Virus record (IMG/VR): IMGVR_UViG_3300013104_000022
Location: 1 to 64,000 of that record
Length of the DNA stretch: 64,000 nt
Reading direction: 5' to 3' (one strand)
DNA from: a virus
Shown: piece by piece, positions 36,393-46,855 of the stretch
Layout of the letters: each line of letters starts with the position of its first letter
How positions within the stretch are numbered: position 1 is the stretch's first letter
Translations under genes and position numbers: made by a program
The notes under the pieces: generated by a model
What the model saw: only the letters and a program-made list of their open reading frames with translations
Database searches by the model: none
Told to the model about the DNA's origin: nothing

Positions 36393-37497
36393 GTCTTCCC
36401 GACCTGTCTAGCATCATGTACTTGGCGTACAGTTCTTGCCCGTTTGGCGCGGCGTCCTTCAGTTGAAGGAAGAGGCGGTCCAGCACGGCATCCCAAGATC
36501 GAATCTGAGGAATGATCTGCGATGCGTGGAAGCCCTTTTCGCGAGCTTCATTGCGGTTACGGAAAACATGAAGCATCTTAGCCTTCAGGTCTTCCAGTTC
36601 CACCCACGCCATTTCAGCGCCGGGTGCGGGAGGTACAGCTTCCCCCATCTCATACTTAAGAGGGTAAGCGTAGCTCGGGTCTAGCCATTCGGCCATGCCT
36701 CCCCAGTTCGTAGCGATGACAGGACCGCCTGTGCTCTGGAATTCCAAACATGGCATATTCTTGCCCTCGCCTAGGGAGGGGGCGAGAAGGACGTGAGTGT
36801 TTCGGTAGAAGTCCTTGACGGTCTCCTTGTCCCACACGTCGTAGAAGATTCTGAGGCCGGGGTAGACATCTTCCATCTTGGAGTGAAGTCCGGGGGCTGT
36901 CGTCTTCAGCATGAGCCTCGCGTGCTGTGCGAAGTCCTCGTGCTCCTGACGAAGCTGACTGAACGCCTGGATAGCCGCGAAGGGGTTCTTGCGAGGACTG
37001 AGGACACCAATCATCGAGAAGTAGAAATCCTCGGAGTGCCAGTCACGGTCGTAGTACACCCACTCTTCGGGGTCGTACCCTCCCTGTACCTTGATCACCG
37101 GCCCGTCGAAGTAGTCCTTAAGATTCTCGGCGGTGGGATTGTCGTAGCCTACGAGAACATCGAAGTTCTCGAAGTTCTCCCGAAGGGTGTCCTTTGCCGC
37201 GAGATTGTCAAAGGTAGAGGATTCCCACATCGTCCAACCGACAACGGTGGAGGATACTTCTTTGGTGCCGGGGGCTACCTTGAGAAGTCCGGGGTCTACG
37301 TGAGACAGAACAAGGTCGAAAGGCGCTTCGGCGGTCTTCGTGAGAAGTCCCGCAATCTCCGGAGAGATGGGAGGCTGGATAGCGCTCGGTCCTAGGTGAA
37401 CATCCGCGCCTAGGCGCATGAATGCCTCGGTGATTCCGATTCCGTCATTTCCATAGCCGCTGAAGGTGCTCAGCGGAAGGTTGAGATAAACCTTCAC
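36382..37497 (-). CDS. Glycosyltransferase, GT-B (GT4-like)
   Basis: SGYG, TMWES, RKN, PSLGEGKNMPCLE....G.PVIATNWGG. Confidence 0.88.
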   Translation of the reverse strand: MKVYLNLPLSTFSGYGNDGIGITEAFMRLGADVHLGPSAIQPPISPEIAGLLTKTAEAPFDLVLSHVDPGLLKVAPGTKEVSSTVVGWTMWESSTFDNLAAKDTLRENFENFDVLVGYDNPTAENLKDYFDGPVIKVQGGYDPEEWVYYDRDWHSEDFYFSMIGVLSPRKNPFAAIQAFSQLRQEHEDFAQHARLMLKTTAPGLHSKMEDVYPGLRIFYDVWDKETVKDFYRNTHVLLAPSLGEGKNMPCLEFQSTGGPVIATNWGGMAEWLDPSYAYPLKYEMGEAVPPAPGAEMAWVELEDLKAKMLHVFRNRNEAREKGFHASQIIPQIRSWDAVLDRLFLQLKDAAPNGQELYAKYMMLDRSGRRDK

Positions 37498-37562
37498 AGT
37501 AGTCTCGCTTTCACGGGGTCAAGCCCTCAATAGTGATTAAGCACATCTTATCACATTATGTG

Positions 37563-38075
37563 TTAACTGATAAGGTTGACACCGTATCGGTAGCTACCCA
37601 TAAGAGCGCCTTCGACATTAGCCACCTTGTTCGTGCGGGGACCGTCGATGAAGTGTGATCCGTTGACCCAGATACCGGTGTTGGTATCAATCTGATCCTG
37701 AGTGCCCCACTGAAGCATCCCGCCGCCTGGTCGAGACATGTTCACGGTGTGGAAATGCTTCATAATGAGCTTTCCTACCGCATTGATCTTAGCCTCTGCG
37801 TCCTTGATCTTCACGGACTTATCCGGGTTACGGGTGGGGTCCGCCCACACGTCGATCACGACGGTGGGGAATTCCTGGGTGTTGTGCATATTCATCTGCG
37901 TCCACATGTCGTCGTACGTAGATACGACGATAAGACACTTCTGAGAGTTCTCGAACTTGACTTCTGGCTCGTCTAGGAAAATCCAGGTGGGCCAAGTAGC
38001 GCTCGACCCTAGGAGTGCGGTGAGTTCAGGGTCGCGCGCTAGCTCATTACGCATAGCCTTGGTTAGGGGAGTCAT
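37563..38075 (-). CDS. Tail terminator-like protein
   Basis: L..DPEL.ALLG, IDVW motif; synteny. Confidence 0.65.
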   Translation of the reverse strand: MTPLTKAMRNELARDPELTALLGSSATWPTWIFLDEPEVKFENSQKCLIVVSTYDDMWTQMNMHNTQEFPTVVIDVWADPTRNPDKSVKIKDAEAKINAVGKLIMKHFHTVNMSRPGGGMLQWGTQDQIDTNTGIWVNGSHFIDGPRTNKVANVEGALMGSYRYGVNLIS

Positions 38076-38434
38076 GGTCTAAGTCCGTCCAGAATGGCCT
38101 CTACATAGTCTTCATGCAGAAGAGGGAGAGGGTAGAAGAAGGCGTGACCGCCGCCTCGACGGTACTCGTACCAGGCGTAGTCGATGGGACCGACAGAACC
38201 TACACCGCCACCGACGACGATCTCTCCGTGCCAATTTCCGCCACCTCGTACAGAAGTAGAAGAATTTACGGAACCCTTAAGGCTACCAGACTCAACGTCG
38301 ATAGCGGCAGTGACGAGAGTTTCACCCTTTTTGAGTACGGCAGTGAGGTTGAGGTGGGCTTCGAGAATCGCAAGTGTTTCCACACGGTTCAACTCAGCGT
38401 CGATCTCACTCCAATCGCTGTAGAGGCGTGCCAT
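38072..38434 (-). CDS. HK97 gp10-like neck protein
   Basis: VESGSLKGS, YAWYE motifs. Confidence 0.7.
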   Translation of the reverse strand: MARLYSDWSEIDAELNRVETLAILEAHLNLTAVLKKGETLVTAAIDVESGSLKGSVNSSTSVRGGGNWHGEIVVGGGVGSVGPIDYAWYEYRRGGGHAFFYPLPLLHEDYVEAILDGLRP

Positions 38435-38844
38435 TAGCTCTCACCCGGCCAATCCTCGTCCAGGTCTTGAGGAATCTCGAAGACGAGAACTTCGATGTGG
38501 TGGGCGTCAGAGAAATCAATGGCTCGGTCGGGGATGGATCGAATTTCGAAACTTCCCTCTACGGGGAGCTTTCCCCCGGCGTTGGGAATGCACACGAGAC
38601 GATCCCCTGCTCGGATCGGCACGTCGGCGCGACAGAACAACAGTCCGTATCGGTCCTGTGCGCCCCCGGCGTTGATAGGAGCGGGAGCATCCTTACCGGG
38701 ACGGATGAAGTTGAGGTCGATTCGGCATCTGACATAGCCTAGTCCATCTGTTGTGACATCTTGCCAATCCGTCGTGGCAACACCGTCTACCTGCGTGGTC
38801 ACACGACGACGCACCTTCACGGCGGAATTGAAAAGATGTTCCAT
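38434..38844 (-). CDS. Head-to-tail stopper
   Basis: I.AGDR, HHIEV motifs; start trimmed to MEHLFN. Confidence 0.7.
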   Translation of the reverse strand: MEHLFNSAVKVRRRVTTQVDGVATTDWQDVTTDGLGYVRCRIDLNFIRPGKDAPAPINAGGAQDRYGLLFCRADVPIRAGDRLVCIPNAGGKLPVEGSFEIRSIPDRAIDFSDAHHIEVLVFEIPQDLDEDWPGES

Positions 38845-38846
38845 GA

Positions 38847-39389
38847 TTAGTCCTGGATTACATAAATTACAGTGGAGATAGGAGAAGAGATCGCAGTGTA
38901 CTGAGCCTGTGTACCCTTCCAGATTCCTGTCACACCGTTGAGTCCCTGTACGGGGGTTACCCATCCAGTCGCGTAGTTGGTACCGGCTGTCTTAGCGAGA
39001 ACCTGACCTGTAGTACCTCCGGTAGGCAAGCCTCGGCTACTGAGAGAGTCAAGAGATGTCTGAAGGTTGGTAATAGTTCCGATTGCTTGCTCACCTGTAT
39101 GGGTGGCGCGGTCTCGAAGCTCAGAGTTCGTGGCGTTGGCCGTGGCATTGGTTGCGATACCTGACAGCTTAGAACGCTCTGCGGAAGTCATAATGACCTT
39201 CGTAGAGCCGTCCGGGATGTCGTTAGCGGTACCCGTAAAGGTACCGGGAGCGGGCAGAGTAGTCCACTGAGTTGCGTAGTTCGAATTGGAAGACTTTGTA
39301 AGAACTTGTCCCGTAGTACCTCCGGTGGGTACACCTACACCGGGGGTGCCCTCGCTACCCCCGAGTGTACCTACTAGTTGAAGTGCCAT
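38847..39389 (-). CDS. Fibre-like virion protein
   Basis: Repeated PTGGTTGQVL.K....Y.T.W; KLSGIATNATAN..RATHTG; GTQAQY end. Confidence 0.7.
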   Translation of the reverse strand: MALQLVGTLGGSEGTPGVGVPTGGTTGQVLTKSSNSNYATQWTTLPAPGTFTGTANDIPDGSTKVIMTSAERSKLSGIATNATANATNSELRDRATHTGEQAIGTITNLQTSLDSLSSRGLPTGGTTGQVLAKTAGTNYATGWVTPVQGLNGVTGIWKGTQAQYTAISSPISTVIYVIQD

Positions 39390-39964
39390 TACTTATCCTT
39401 CCAAAGTTGCATTGGAGACGTGTTTGTGAGAAGAAGATAGTCGATGCCAGGTCGGTAGCCGCTAGGCCACGGCTGGGAAAGGGTGGTGACCTCGTAGAAG
39501 ATCACTTGAGACCATCCTGGACCGCCGTCAACGGAAGCCGTGGTAAGGGTTACCGTCTCCCCTGAGCTTCCTGCAATGCCGTGAATGACGAATTCCTTAA
39601 AGTCTTCGCCTTCCTTGGGGTAGAAGTGGGCTGACCAACTCCACCCCTGATCGAGCAAGCCGGGGGAGGAGGGGGAGATCAACCAGAGGTCGCCCGAGGG
39701 ATCAAACCAGTCGGCGTCGTGGCCGTCTGCGGGGGGTCGAATGTTTCCATTCTGATCTACTTCAGCCCGTACCTCAGAAACAAGAATCACGTCTCCACTA
39801 GGAAGAAGAGTCGTGGGCTTGTTCAGAGTAGGAGTGAACTTCACATAAGCATTCAGAGCGACCGATTCTGGGGTCGTGTCAACATCGCCTACGGTATCCG
39901 CGATACCTCGAAGAATGTGACCTCCGATCTTAAAGGAGGTTACCTCTGCTGGTAGATTCGCCAT
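39389..39964 (-). CDS. Accessory virion protein (shared adaptor-like domain)
   Basis: Paralogous to domains in 41477-42886 and 43276-44478. Confidence 0.7.
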   Translation of the reverse strand: MANLPAEVTSFKIGGHILRGIADTVGDVDTTPESVALNAYVKFTPTLNKPTTLLPSGDVILVSEVRAEVDQNGNIRPPADGHDADWFDPSGDLWLISPSSPGLLDQGWSWSAHFYPKEGEDFKEFVIHGIAGSSGETVTLTTASVDGGPGWSQVIFYEVTTLSQPWPSGYRPGIDYLLLTNTSPMQLWKDK

Positions 39965-39989
39965 GTTGTCTCCAAAGTCTTGTCACTTC

Positions 39990-39999
39990 TACTATCGTC
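39990..39999 (-). promoter_or_regulatory. Late-promoter motif GACGATAGTA
   Basis: Exact 10-mer, intergenic. Confidence 0.7.
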
Positions 40000-40001
40000 G
40001 C

Positions 40002-41477
40002 TTACGAAGGGTCTACCCATACGTCATTGCGGCGAAGTTTAGAGATGGGTTCCACCCACTCGCCGTCGTCGTTCTTCACGCGAACAATCGGCTCAATGAA
40101 GGCATTATTGATTCGAAGTCTTCCACCTCGTGTAACTGCGGGAGGGGGAGGAGGCGGCTCGGTATCCGAAGTGGTAAAGCTGGTGACAGCGCTCCAAGCT
40201 CCGGGTCCGATGCCGTTATAGGCACGAACTCGGAAGAAGTACGGAGTAAGAGCAACAAGACTACTAACTGTTCTCGAACGGTTGTTGGCCGTTGAAGAGT
40301 TACCCGGCGAGAAAGTAGAGCTTGTGGACCACTGAAGCTCGTAGTTGATAATGGTGTCCCCACCGGGGTCGGTAGGAGCGTTCCACGAGGCTGTAAGGCT
40401 TGTAGAGCTTACAGGAACTACACCAACGGCAGAGGGAGCGGAAGGAACTGTTGGGTATGAAGTGACCGAACTCCATCCTCCGGGTCCGATAGAGTTAATA
40501 GCTCGAACTCTAAAGTAGTACTTGGTGGCGAGAGAGAACCCGGTAATGGTCTTCGAAATAGTCGCGCTCGTATCGCTTCCCGTAATGGTGGCGAAAGTCG
40601 AAGACGTGCTCCACTGAAGTTCATAGTTCGTGATTGCCGCACCGTTGTCTGCCGGTGCCTTCCACGAGATAGTCATGCTCGTGGAGGCGGGCGTCTTTGT
40701 CACGACGGGGGCAGTAGGGATGGAAGGCACAGCGGACGACTGTGCTGACGCAACGTTAGACCACGCTGAGCCGTATCCAACCTGTGCGTTAAGGCTGTTA
40801 CCTGCCGACACTCGGAAGTAGTAGGTAGCTCCCGCCGCCAGACCTGTAAAGGTGTAGGAAGTGGTCGAACCGGACACATTTGTCTGCGTACCATTTTGGC
40901 TGAAAGAAGAGTTGGTAGCCCTACCGATGTAGTACGTTGCAACGGCCTCGCCACCGTTGTCAACGGGGGCTGTCCAGGACACAGTAATAGTACCGTTGGC
41001 GTTTCTCGTAGCCGTCAGGTTTCGAGGGGCTGTGGGGGAAGCTACAACAAGCATCTGCCCCGAAAGGGAGCCAGACCACCCCGAGGAGCCACTGACAACA
41101 CCGGTAGCTCCGGTACCGTTAGCGCTACGGCCAAAGTACAAACCTCCGGAAGAACCGGGATTGATATAGAAAGTGTTTCCTCCGGGAGAGTGAATCTGTC
41201 CGTAAGGAATCCAACCGGTATCCTGAGCAAGGCTAGAAGAAGCCGCTGTGAAGGCGCTAGTCCACTTACCCGCTAGTCCCAACTGTACTGATCTGGAAGC
41301 TCCACGTCCCGCAACCCACGCTCGAAGGTGGGTCACTCGAACCACGTTCGTTCCATTAAGAATGGTGTTTCCCTTAGGTACAGCGGCGTTAGTGCTGTAC
41401 AAGTTCTTGTCGTCAGCGTACCACGACGTGCGCTCTGCCGGGGTAGCCCCTCCGGGGAGGTTCCATGCAATAGCCAT
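40002..41477 (-). CDS. Fibronectin type III repeat virion protein (3 FN3)
   Basis: Three W.AP.D.G....Y...L.....Y.FRV.A.N..G...WS repeats. Confidence 0.85.
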   Translation of the reverse strand: MAIAWNLPGGATPAERTSWYADDKNLYSTNAAVPKGNTILNGTNVVRVTHLRAWVAGRGASRSVQLGLAGKWTSAFTAASSSLAQDTGWIPYGQIHSPGGNTFYINPGSSGGLYFGRSANGTGATGVVSGSSGWSGSLSGQMLVVASPTAPRNLTATRNANGTITVSWTAPVDNGGEAVATYYIGRATNSSFSQNGTQTNVSGSTTSYTFTGLAAGATYYFRVSAGNSLNAQVGYGSAWSNVASAQSSAVPSIPTAPVVTKTPASTSMTISWKAPADNGAAITNYELQWSTSSTFATITGSDTSATISKTITGFSLATKYYFRVRAINSIGPGGWSSVTSYPTVPSAPSAVGVVPVSSTSLTASWNAPTDPGGDTIINYELQWSTSSTFSPGNSSTANNRSRTVSSLVALTPYFFRVRAYNGIGPGAWSAVTSFTTSDTEPPPPPPAVTRGGRLRINNAFIEPIVRVKNDDGEWVEPISKLRRNDVWVDPS

Positions 41478-42886
41478 TAGTCGTAAACCTTCCACATGGT
41501 GAGGTCTTCATTCAGTACGAGGAAATCAAGATTCTTGTCGAATCCGAAGGGGTACGGAGGAGTCAAGTAGTCAACTTCATACAGTCTAGAGGATCGAACG
41601 CCGGGGTCTCTTCTACGAGTTAGATCAGTTGTATGAGTATTGATGTACTCCTCATTCAAGAAGATCGTAGCCCCTGGCTGGGTGTCCCCAGGGATTCTCA
41701 GTGAGAAGGCTTCCCACTCCTGTCCTGGGGTAGGCACAACGTGCACAGTCCAAGACCAGTTTCGAACAGAGAGAGACAACTGACTGGGAGCAATAAGATT
41801 GACTCTGGCCTCGAAGTCTTCCGGCTTTACTGGCTCTTCCAAGAAGGCGTCTGAAGGAGCTACCAACGTGCCTGACGAATTGATCCAGGCGTGGATTTCC
41901 GTGGGTACAAAGGTGATCTCTTCCGGGTAGGCCGTAATAGGAGATCGAACGTCAGGGACAAACACGACTCGCCCGAGGACAGGTCGTCCCTGCGGGTTAG
42001 GCAAAGAGGCTTCAGTGGCCGACCCTAGAAGGTTGAGGAAATCTCCCCTGACGGTAAACTGAGAAACGCTAGGGGGGACGGAAGTCTGGTTTGCAGGAAT
42101 GACAACTTCAGGCAACTCGATAGGAGGCTTTGGGTTCTCCGTAGGAGGCACGATAGGTAGGAAAGCCGTAACGCTTGTAGACGGTAGAGAGCCATACCCT
42201 CTTCTGATGTTAAAAAGGTTTCCCGCGTAGACACGGAAGTAGTAGCTCTTACCCGGTGCCAAACCGGACATGGTAGCGGAGGGCGTAGATGTCTGAATCT
42301 GAGTAATGGTACCGGACTGGAAGTTAGGCTTTGTGGAGGACTGGACCCAGTATCGAGTGACGGGGGAGCCGCCGTCGTTCGTAGGAGGCTTCCACGTCAG
42401 CTTCACACGGCTCTGGTCGTCCACAGAGGCCTTAAGAGCAGTAGGAGCGCCCGCAGACCAAATGACACGCGCCTGGCCCGCTAGAGCGCCCTTCCAGGTG
42501 TATGAGAAGCCTACTCCTGTGGTAGTACCTACACCTGTGGATCGCCCGAAACGAATACCGCCGCCATTAACGTCAAATCTAATGCTGTGCGTTCCGGGAG
42601 CCTTGATAGCGTTCAAGCTCAGCCAACCGGTGTCCTTAGCCTTGGAACTGGCGGCACGAGAATAGAAGGGCGTGTAGGTGTTGCTGATACCGATACGAAT
42701 ACCTCGTGTGCCGCTGTAGGGGGTAAACCAACCACGGACGTGAGTGATAAGTCCACCTCGATATCCGTCTGCCATGACCGGACCCTTAGGCATGTTGAAG
42801 TAGTTCGTCTGTACCTCGCGGTCGTCCACGACGTAAGAGCCGGTTTCACGGGGATTGACCCCACCGGGGAAGTTGTAATCTGGCAT
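41477..42886 (-). CDS. FN3-containing virion protein
   Basis: One FN3 (WKPP.NDGGSP...YYFRVYAGN); N-terminus paralogous to the neighbouring FN3 gene. Confidence 0.8.
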   Translation of the reverse strand: MPDYNFPGGVNPRETGSYVVDDREVQTNYFNMPKGPVMADGYRGGLITHVRGWFTPYSGTRGIRIGISNTYTPFYSRAASSKAKDTGWLSLNAIKAPGTHSIRFDVNGGGIRFGRSTGVGTTTGVGFSYTWKGALAGQARVIWSAGAPTALKASVDDQSRVKLTWKPPTNDGGSPVTRYWVQSSTKPNFQSGTITQIQTSTPSATMSGLAPGKSYYFRVYAGNLFNIRRGYGSLPSTSVTAFLPIVPPTENPKPPIELPEVVIPANQTSVPPSVSQFTVRGDFLNLLGSATEASLPNPQGRPVLGRVVFVPDVRSPITAYPEEITFVPTEIHAWINSSGTLVAPSDAFLEEPVKPEDFEARVNLIAPSQLSLSVRNWSWTVHVVPTPGQEWEAFSLRIPGDTQPGATIFLNEEYINTHTTDLTRRRDPGVRSSRLYEVDYLTPPYPFGFDKNLDFLVLNEDLTMWKVYD

Positions 42887-42889
42887 GTC

Positions 42890-43276
42890 TTACTCCCACG
42901 AGTACCATACGGAACCGTTAGGCGCGGCGCTTCCTGGATCAGTCTGCTGGACAAAAATACGAGGAGATTGCTTTACCCACGTTGTGCCATTCCAGAATCG
43001 AAGCCAGCCGTTGTCGTCCTCAATGAGAAGACGGCCCACACGGTCGGAGGCAGGGAGAGCCGTAGAAAGTTCCGTAAGCGCACCCACCTTTTCGAAAATG
43101 GCATCCACGAGGGAGCCGTCCGCATCCACCGCTGTCTCGACGGCAGGAGCGATGTCATCGAATCCCGCGTAGAGGGTATTGAGGACACCGATGGAAGAAG
43201 AGGCAGGGTTGTTGAAAACAACAGCCATAGCGCCGTCTGTGGAGAGCGCTAGGTTACCAATAAGATGTGCGGCCAT
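42890..43276 (-). CDS. Accessory virion protein
   Basis: LRFWNGTTW; IFVQ.TDP......VW ending. Confidence 0.7.
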   Translation of the reverse strand: MAAHLIGNLALSTDGAMAVVFNNPASSSIGVLNTLYAGFDDIAPAVETAVDADGSLVDAIFEKVGALTELSTALPASDRVGRLLIEDDNGWLRFWNGTTWVKQSPRIFVQQTDPGSAAPNGSVWYSWE

Positions 43277-44478
43277 TATGCTGTCACTCTCCAATATGCA
43301 AGCGTGGGAACTACGAGTAGTGAGTCTCGTTCGGGATCGAAACCAAAGGGGTAAGGAGGACTGGTGTCTTCAACGATGAATACTCTCTCTGGACGTAGAG
43401 CGGTGTCTCGATCCACGACAAGAGATTCATTTAGTGTAATCATATCACCTGGACTCACTTCAGAACCCAGATACATCTTGAAGCCTCGCCAGTAGGAACC
43501 ATCGGCAGGAATGACTTCTACGTTCCAGCCCCAATCGACGCTTGACAGAATCTCTTGATTCGGGGCCAAGAGGCGAACGGCAGGATCATAAACCACGGGT
43601 ACCGAACTCTTACCGTCACCGGGAGAGATGAGTCGTCCGTCCGGATCAATGTGCGCGGTAATGCTCGTAGGAACTAGAGTCAGCCCTGTCGTCGTGTCCG
43701 TAATGGGGGTGGTAATTGTCGGCTTAAACACCACCGTACCTTCGATGGGTCGCATTTGAATGCGTCCGGGGGAGAAGATAGGTGAAAGAGAAGTAGCCAC
43801 GGAGATAGAGTTATCTGCCGGTCCCTCCCAGACGTACTTTACGAACTCGGAGCTAATAGAGCTACCGCTGAACCAGCTACCTTCTGTGAGTCCGTCTTCG
43901 ATAAGAAGTCGTCGTGCTCTCAACGCAAATCCAGAAGTCTGAGGCGTGAAGTTGGAAGAAGCATCCGTAGGAACAATAGCCAACTCTAGGTTCTTTGCGG
44001 CAATGTTGTTAGGAACGGTCCACTGGATTACTACCTTCTCGGGACTTCCCACAACAGCGGGGCGGGTAACCTCTGCACCGAGACGGTGATACACATTGCC
44101 AGTTCTCACATGAGGGAAAACCGTAATGTGAGAGGCAGAACCGGCGTCGTCCACAACGTACTCTACGGAAAGGGTTACTTTATCCCCAGTTACGTATGCC
44201 TTCTCTGAGACATCCGTGAAAACGTAGGGGGTGGCAAGAAGCTGTCCAATATCGAGGACGCCGCCGAACCACTCGTCTTCGTACGCGAGTAGACCCACCG
44301 AAGCATCCCAGCCCGCCGTGCTGACGGGAGAGGGGTTAGTGACGTAGTTCTTTCTAATTCCTGTTGTAGGAAAAGAACCCTGTCCGGGTACTTGAGCGAG
44401 CAAGTTGAGGAAGCTACCTGTCACCGTGAAATAACCTAGGTGCTCAGGAAGCGCCTTCTGGTTGAATGGAATGGACAC
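43276..44478 (-). CDS. Accessory virion protein with carbohydrate-binding-like insert
   Basis: RKNYVTNPS...GW; IE.G.....WFSG.....Y.W.G....S.S pattern. Confidence 0.7.
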   Translation of the reverse strand: MSIPFNQKALPEHLGYFTVTGSFLNLLAQVPGQGSFPTTGIRKNYVTNPSPVSTAGWDASVGLLAYEDEWFGGVLDIGQLLATPYVFTDVSEKAYVTGDKVTLSVEYVVDDAGSASHITVFPHVRTGNVYHRLGAEVTRPAVVGSPEKVVIQWTVPNNIAAKNLELAIVPTDASSNFTPQTSGFALRARRLLIEDGLTEGSWFSGSSISSEFVKYVWEGPADNSISVATSLSPIFSPGRIQMRPIEGTVVFKPTITTPITDTTTGLTLVPTSITAHIDPDGRLISPGDGKSSVPVVYDPAVRLLAPNQEILSSVDWGWNVEVIPADGSYWRGFKMYLGSEVSPGDMITLNESLVVDRDTALRPERVFIVEDTSPPYPFGFDPERDSLLVVPTLAYWRVTA

Positions 44479-44509
44479 AGTGACTCCTCGGGCTAAAAAC
44501 CTCTACAAA

Positions 44510-44519
44510 TACTATCGTC
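44510..44519 (-). promoter_or_regulatory. Late-promoter motif GACGATAGTA
   Basis: Exact 10-mer, intergenic. Confidence 0.7.
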
Positions 44520-44999
44520 TTACTCTAGCCACCGGACGGGAACGACAATGAGGTGAGAATAGTTGAGGTTTCTGGCTACTGCGGTATTGCGTCGGAAGGA
44601 TAGTCGAAAGTTCGTCGTTCCTACAGGAAGAACAAAGGGCTTGCTTCCTGAAACATGAACGTTGTCGGTCGATGTAGAAAAGGGGGTAAAAGCGAACCTC
44701 ACTGTGCCGTCTGGCAACTTATCAGGGTCAACGTCGAGCGCCCCCGTTACGTCAACACCCACCATAGAGTAGCCACCGGTAGCTCCTACAGACACACCGC
44801 CGTAGTGTGCGACGACTTCCAGAGGTCTGTCCAACTCTCCAAAGGAGAGGTCTACTGTACCTGGAACCGGACCCCAAACCGTCGCCGCAGTATCGATAAC
44901 CGCCGTGCTGGCACCGAAATCTTGAAGTACGGGCGGAAGTTGAAGGTTGTTCAAACGCTCTTCGAGGACAAGGGGGATGGAGGGAACTCTAACTTCCAC
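44520..44999 (-). CDS. Hypothetical virion protein
   Basis: RBS AAGGAG; beta-rich. Confidence 0.7.
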   Translation of the reverse strand: MEVRVPSIPLVLEERLNNLQLPPVLQDFGASTAVIDTAATVWGPVPGTVDLSFGELDRPLEVVAHYGGVSVGATGGYSMVGVDVTGALDVDPDKLPDGTVRFAFTPFSTSTDNVHVSGSKPFVLPVGTTNFRLSFRRNTAVARNLNYSHLIVVPVRWLE

Positions 45000-45008
45000 G
45001 ATTACTCC

Positions 45009-45482
45009 TTAGAGGACGACGACAGGTGCAGTACCCATCCATTCGCCGCCAGGAATTCTAATCCAGTCCGTCTGTGGCAACACATAGATATCGACGGTCT
45101 TAGGGTCACCCGCCGTGGTGTTGGCATACGGAGTGGCCGCGAACTGTACAAGTGTACCAGCAAAATCAGAAGGAGTGCGCAAAGTTAGTACAGCGCCGAC
45201 CGCGGAGTAAGGAACGGAAGGTCCGCCTACTTGCACCCAAGACCATCCGGTGACGGGGACGGACCCCGACGCCGCAGTGGCGGTCACCGTCATAGAGACC
45301 TCAGGCTCGGAAGTTCGATTCGAGAAATTGGCGGCAGTTGGCTTTACACCGGCCACAACGGAGTATCCCGCGAGGCGAACCTTGGGGGTGGGAAGTGTAC
45401 CGTCAACGGAGTACCCTGACAGACGGACACGAGGGATCGTGACCGTCCGTACAGAGTATCCAGATGCTCGAACTTGAGTCAT
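45009..45482 (-). CDS. Ig/PKD-like virion protein
   Basis: WSWVQVGGP motif; N-terminal VR..GYSV x3. Confidence 0.7.
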   Translation of the reverse strand: MTQVRASGYSVRTVTIPRVRLSGYSVDGTLPTPKVRLAGYSVVAGVKPTAANFSNRTSEPEVSMTVTATAASGSVPVTGWSWVQVGGPSVPYSAVGAVLTLRTPSDFAGTLVQFAATPYANTTAGDPKTVDIYVLPQTDWIRIPGGEWMGTAPVVVL

Positions 45483-46846
45483 TAGTCGTCTACCTGTAGC
45501 TCAATCCAGATGTTGTTCATATCAGTAAAGGTAGCGATAACAGATTCCTCTACGGCCACGACGACATCCGTTGCGGTGGTTGTCAGCGTGAGTGGATAAG
45601 ACTCTCGGAGAGAGTTACCCTGCTTGAGGTTCAACTGTGCGGTCGCGGAACCGGAGTCGGTCTTTCTCAACTGAAGGACAGTGATTTCGAAAGATGCTCG
45701 GTTACCCATGGGGACGAGACGGTGACTCGTGTACTGAGAAGTGACAGTTACAGCGGCAGACTCGATGCCTGTTGCGTTGTTGCTGTCACTCAGTGCGGCG
45801 GAAGGGTTGGCCGCTCCTCCGAAGACTGTGAAGACCGCTCCACCTGTGGTGTAACCCTTACCGCTGTCGTCGGGGAGTACCGTAATAGGAGAGGACGACG
45901 TAGGGATACGTACCTCTGTTGTAGAGGTTGCCGTTGCTCCACCGTTGTCCGTTACAACACACTTGAGCACGACGAGATTACCTGCCGCAGGAGAGGTAAA
46001 GCTCACATTTGCGGTAGTAGAACCCGAAAGAGTCGGCGCGGTTGTAGAACTGTAATCCACGGTCCAGAGGTAGGACGAGATCGTACCGTCAGAGTCGCTT
46101 GCGGTAGCCGTAGCGTTGACGGTTACGCCCGCAGACACGTTCTGGTTGGCCGTGAGAGACAGCGTAGGAGCCGCGTTGACCTGAGGGCCAATGTAGGTCG
46201 TCGTGCCGTCTGCGAACGCGAGAGCGTCAATGTAGAAGTTCGCCCATGTACCGAAGGCGGCAGTACGTCCGAATCGGATTCGACCGATGTTTGCAGTACC
46301 GAAGTTCTGTGCGGTGAGGTTTGCCGAAAGACCACTGATAGGAGTGAGGCTGTCCCCCACGTACCAGTCCACCTTCATCGTACCCGTTGTGGAGACACCG
46401 TTGGTGATCGATCCCTCAACACGGAGCCATGTAGCGGCAGGAATGTTCGGGCTTGCCGTAAATACGACGGTACCTGCCGAGTCCTGAATCTGGTAGTCTC
46501 CACCGTTACGCACGAGGATGTGTGCAAGGGTGGTACCTCCACCGGCTGTCAGGATACGAATGAATCCGTTACCCGCCGTAGGAAGGGTTGGCATATAGAC
46601 GTACGCACGGAAAGCCGCCGAAGCCGCCGCCGTGGGTAGCCACTCGACATACTGTGCGTCCGTACCGTTTGTAACAAACTTGTACGAAAGAGAGCCTTCA
46701 GAAGCTTGCTCATTCGAGAAGTTGATTGCAGAGGAACCCGCAATGGATACGGTAGCAAAAGCGGTACCACTAGTACCGCCCGTGTTGGCGGTAGTAGCGG
46801 CAGTTGCGTTAGTGCCGCCGTTGGCGGTGTTTCTAATGGTAGCCAT
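45482..46846 (-). CDS. Virion protein with lectin-like and PKD domains
   Basis: NAAP...ASDSDGTISSY.W...VTDNGGAT. Confidence 0.78.
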   Translation of the reverse strand: MATIRNTANGGTNATAATTANTGGTSGTAFATVSIAGSSAINFSNEQASEGSLSYKFVTNGTDAQYVEWLPTAAASAAFRAYVYMPTLPTAGNGFIRILTAGGGTTLAHILVRNGGDYQIQDSAGTVVFTASPNIPAATWLRVEGSITNGVSTTGTMKVDWYVGDSLTPISGLSANLTAQNFGTANIGRIRFGRTAAFGTWANFYIDALAFADGTTTYIGPQVNAAPTLSLTANQNVSAGVTVNATATASDSDGTISSYLWTVDYSSTTAPTLSGSTTANVSFTSPAAGNLVVLKCVVTDNGGATATSTTEVRIPTSSSPITVLPDDSGKGYTTGGAVFTVFGGAANPSAALSDSNNATGIESAAVTVTSQYTSHRLVPMGNRASFEITVLQLRKTDSGSATAQLNLKQGNSLRESYPLTLTTTATDVVVAVEESVIATFTDMNNIWIELQVDD

Positions 46847-46855
46847 GAATTATCC

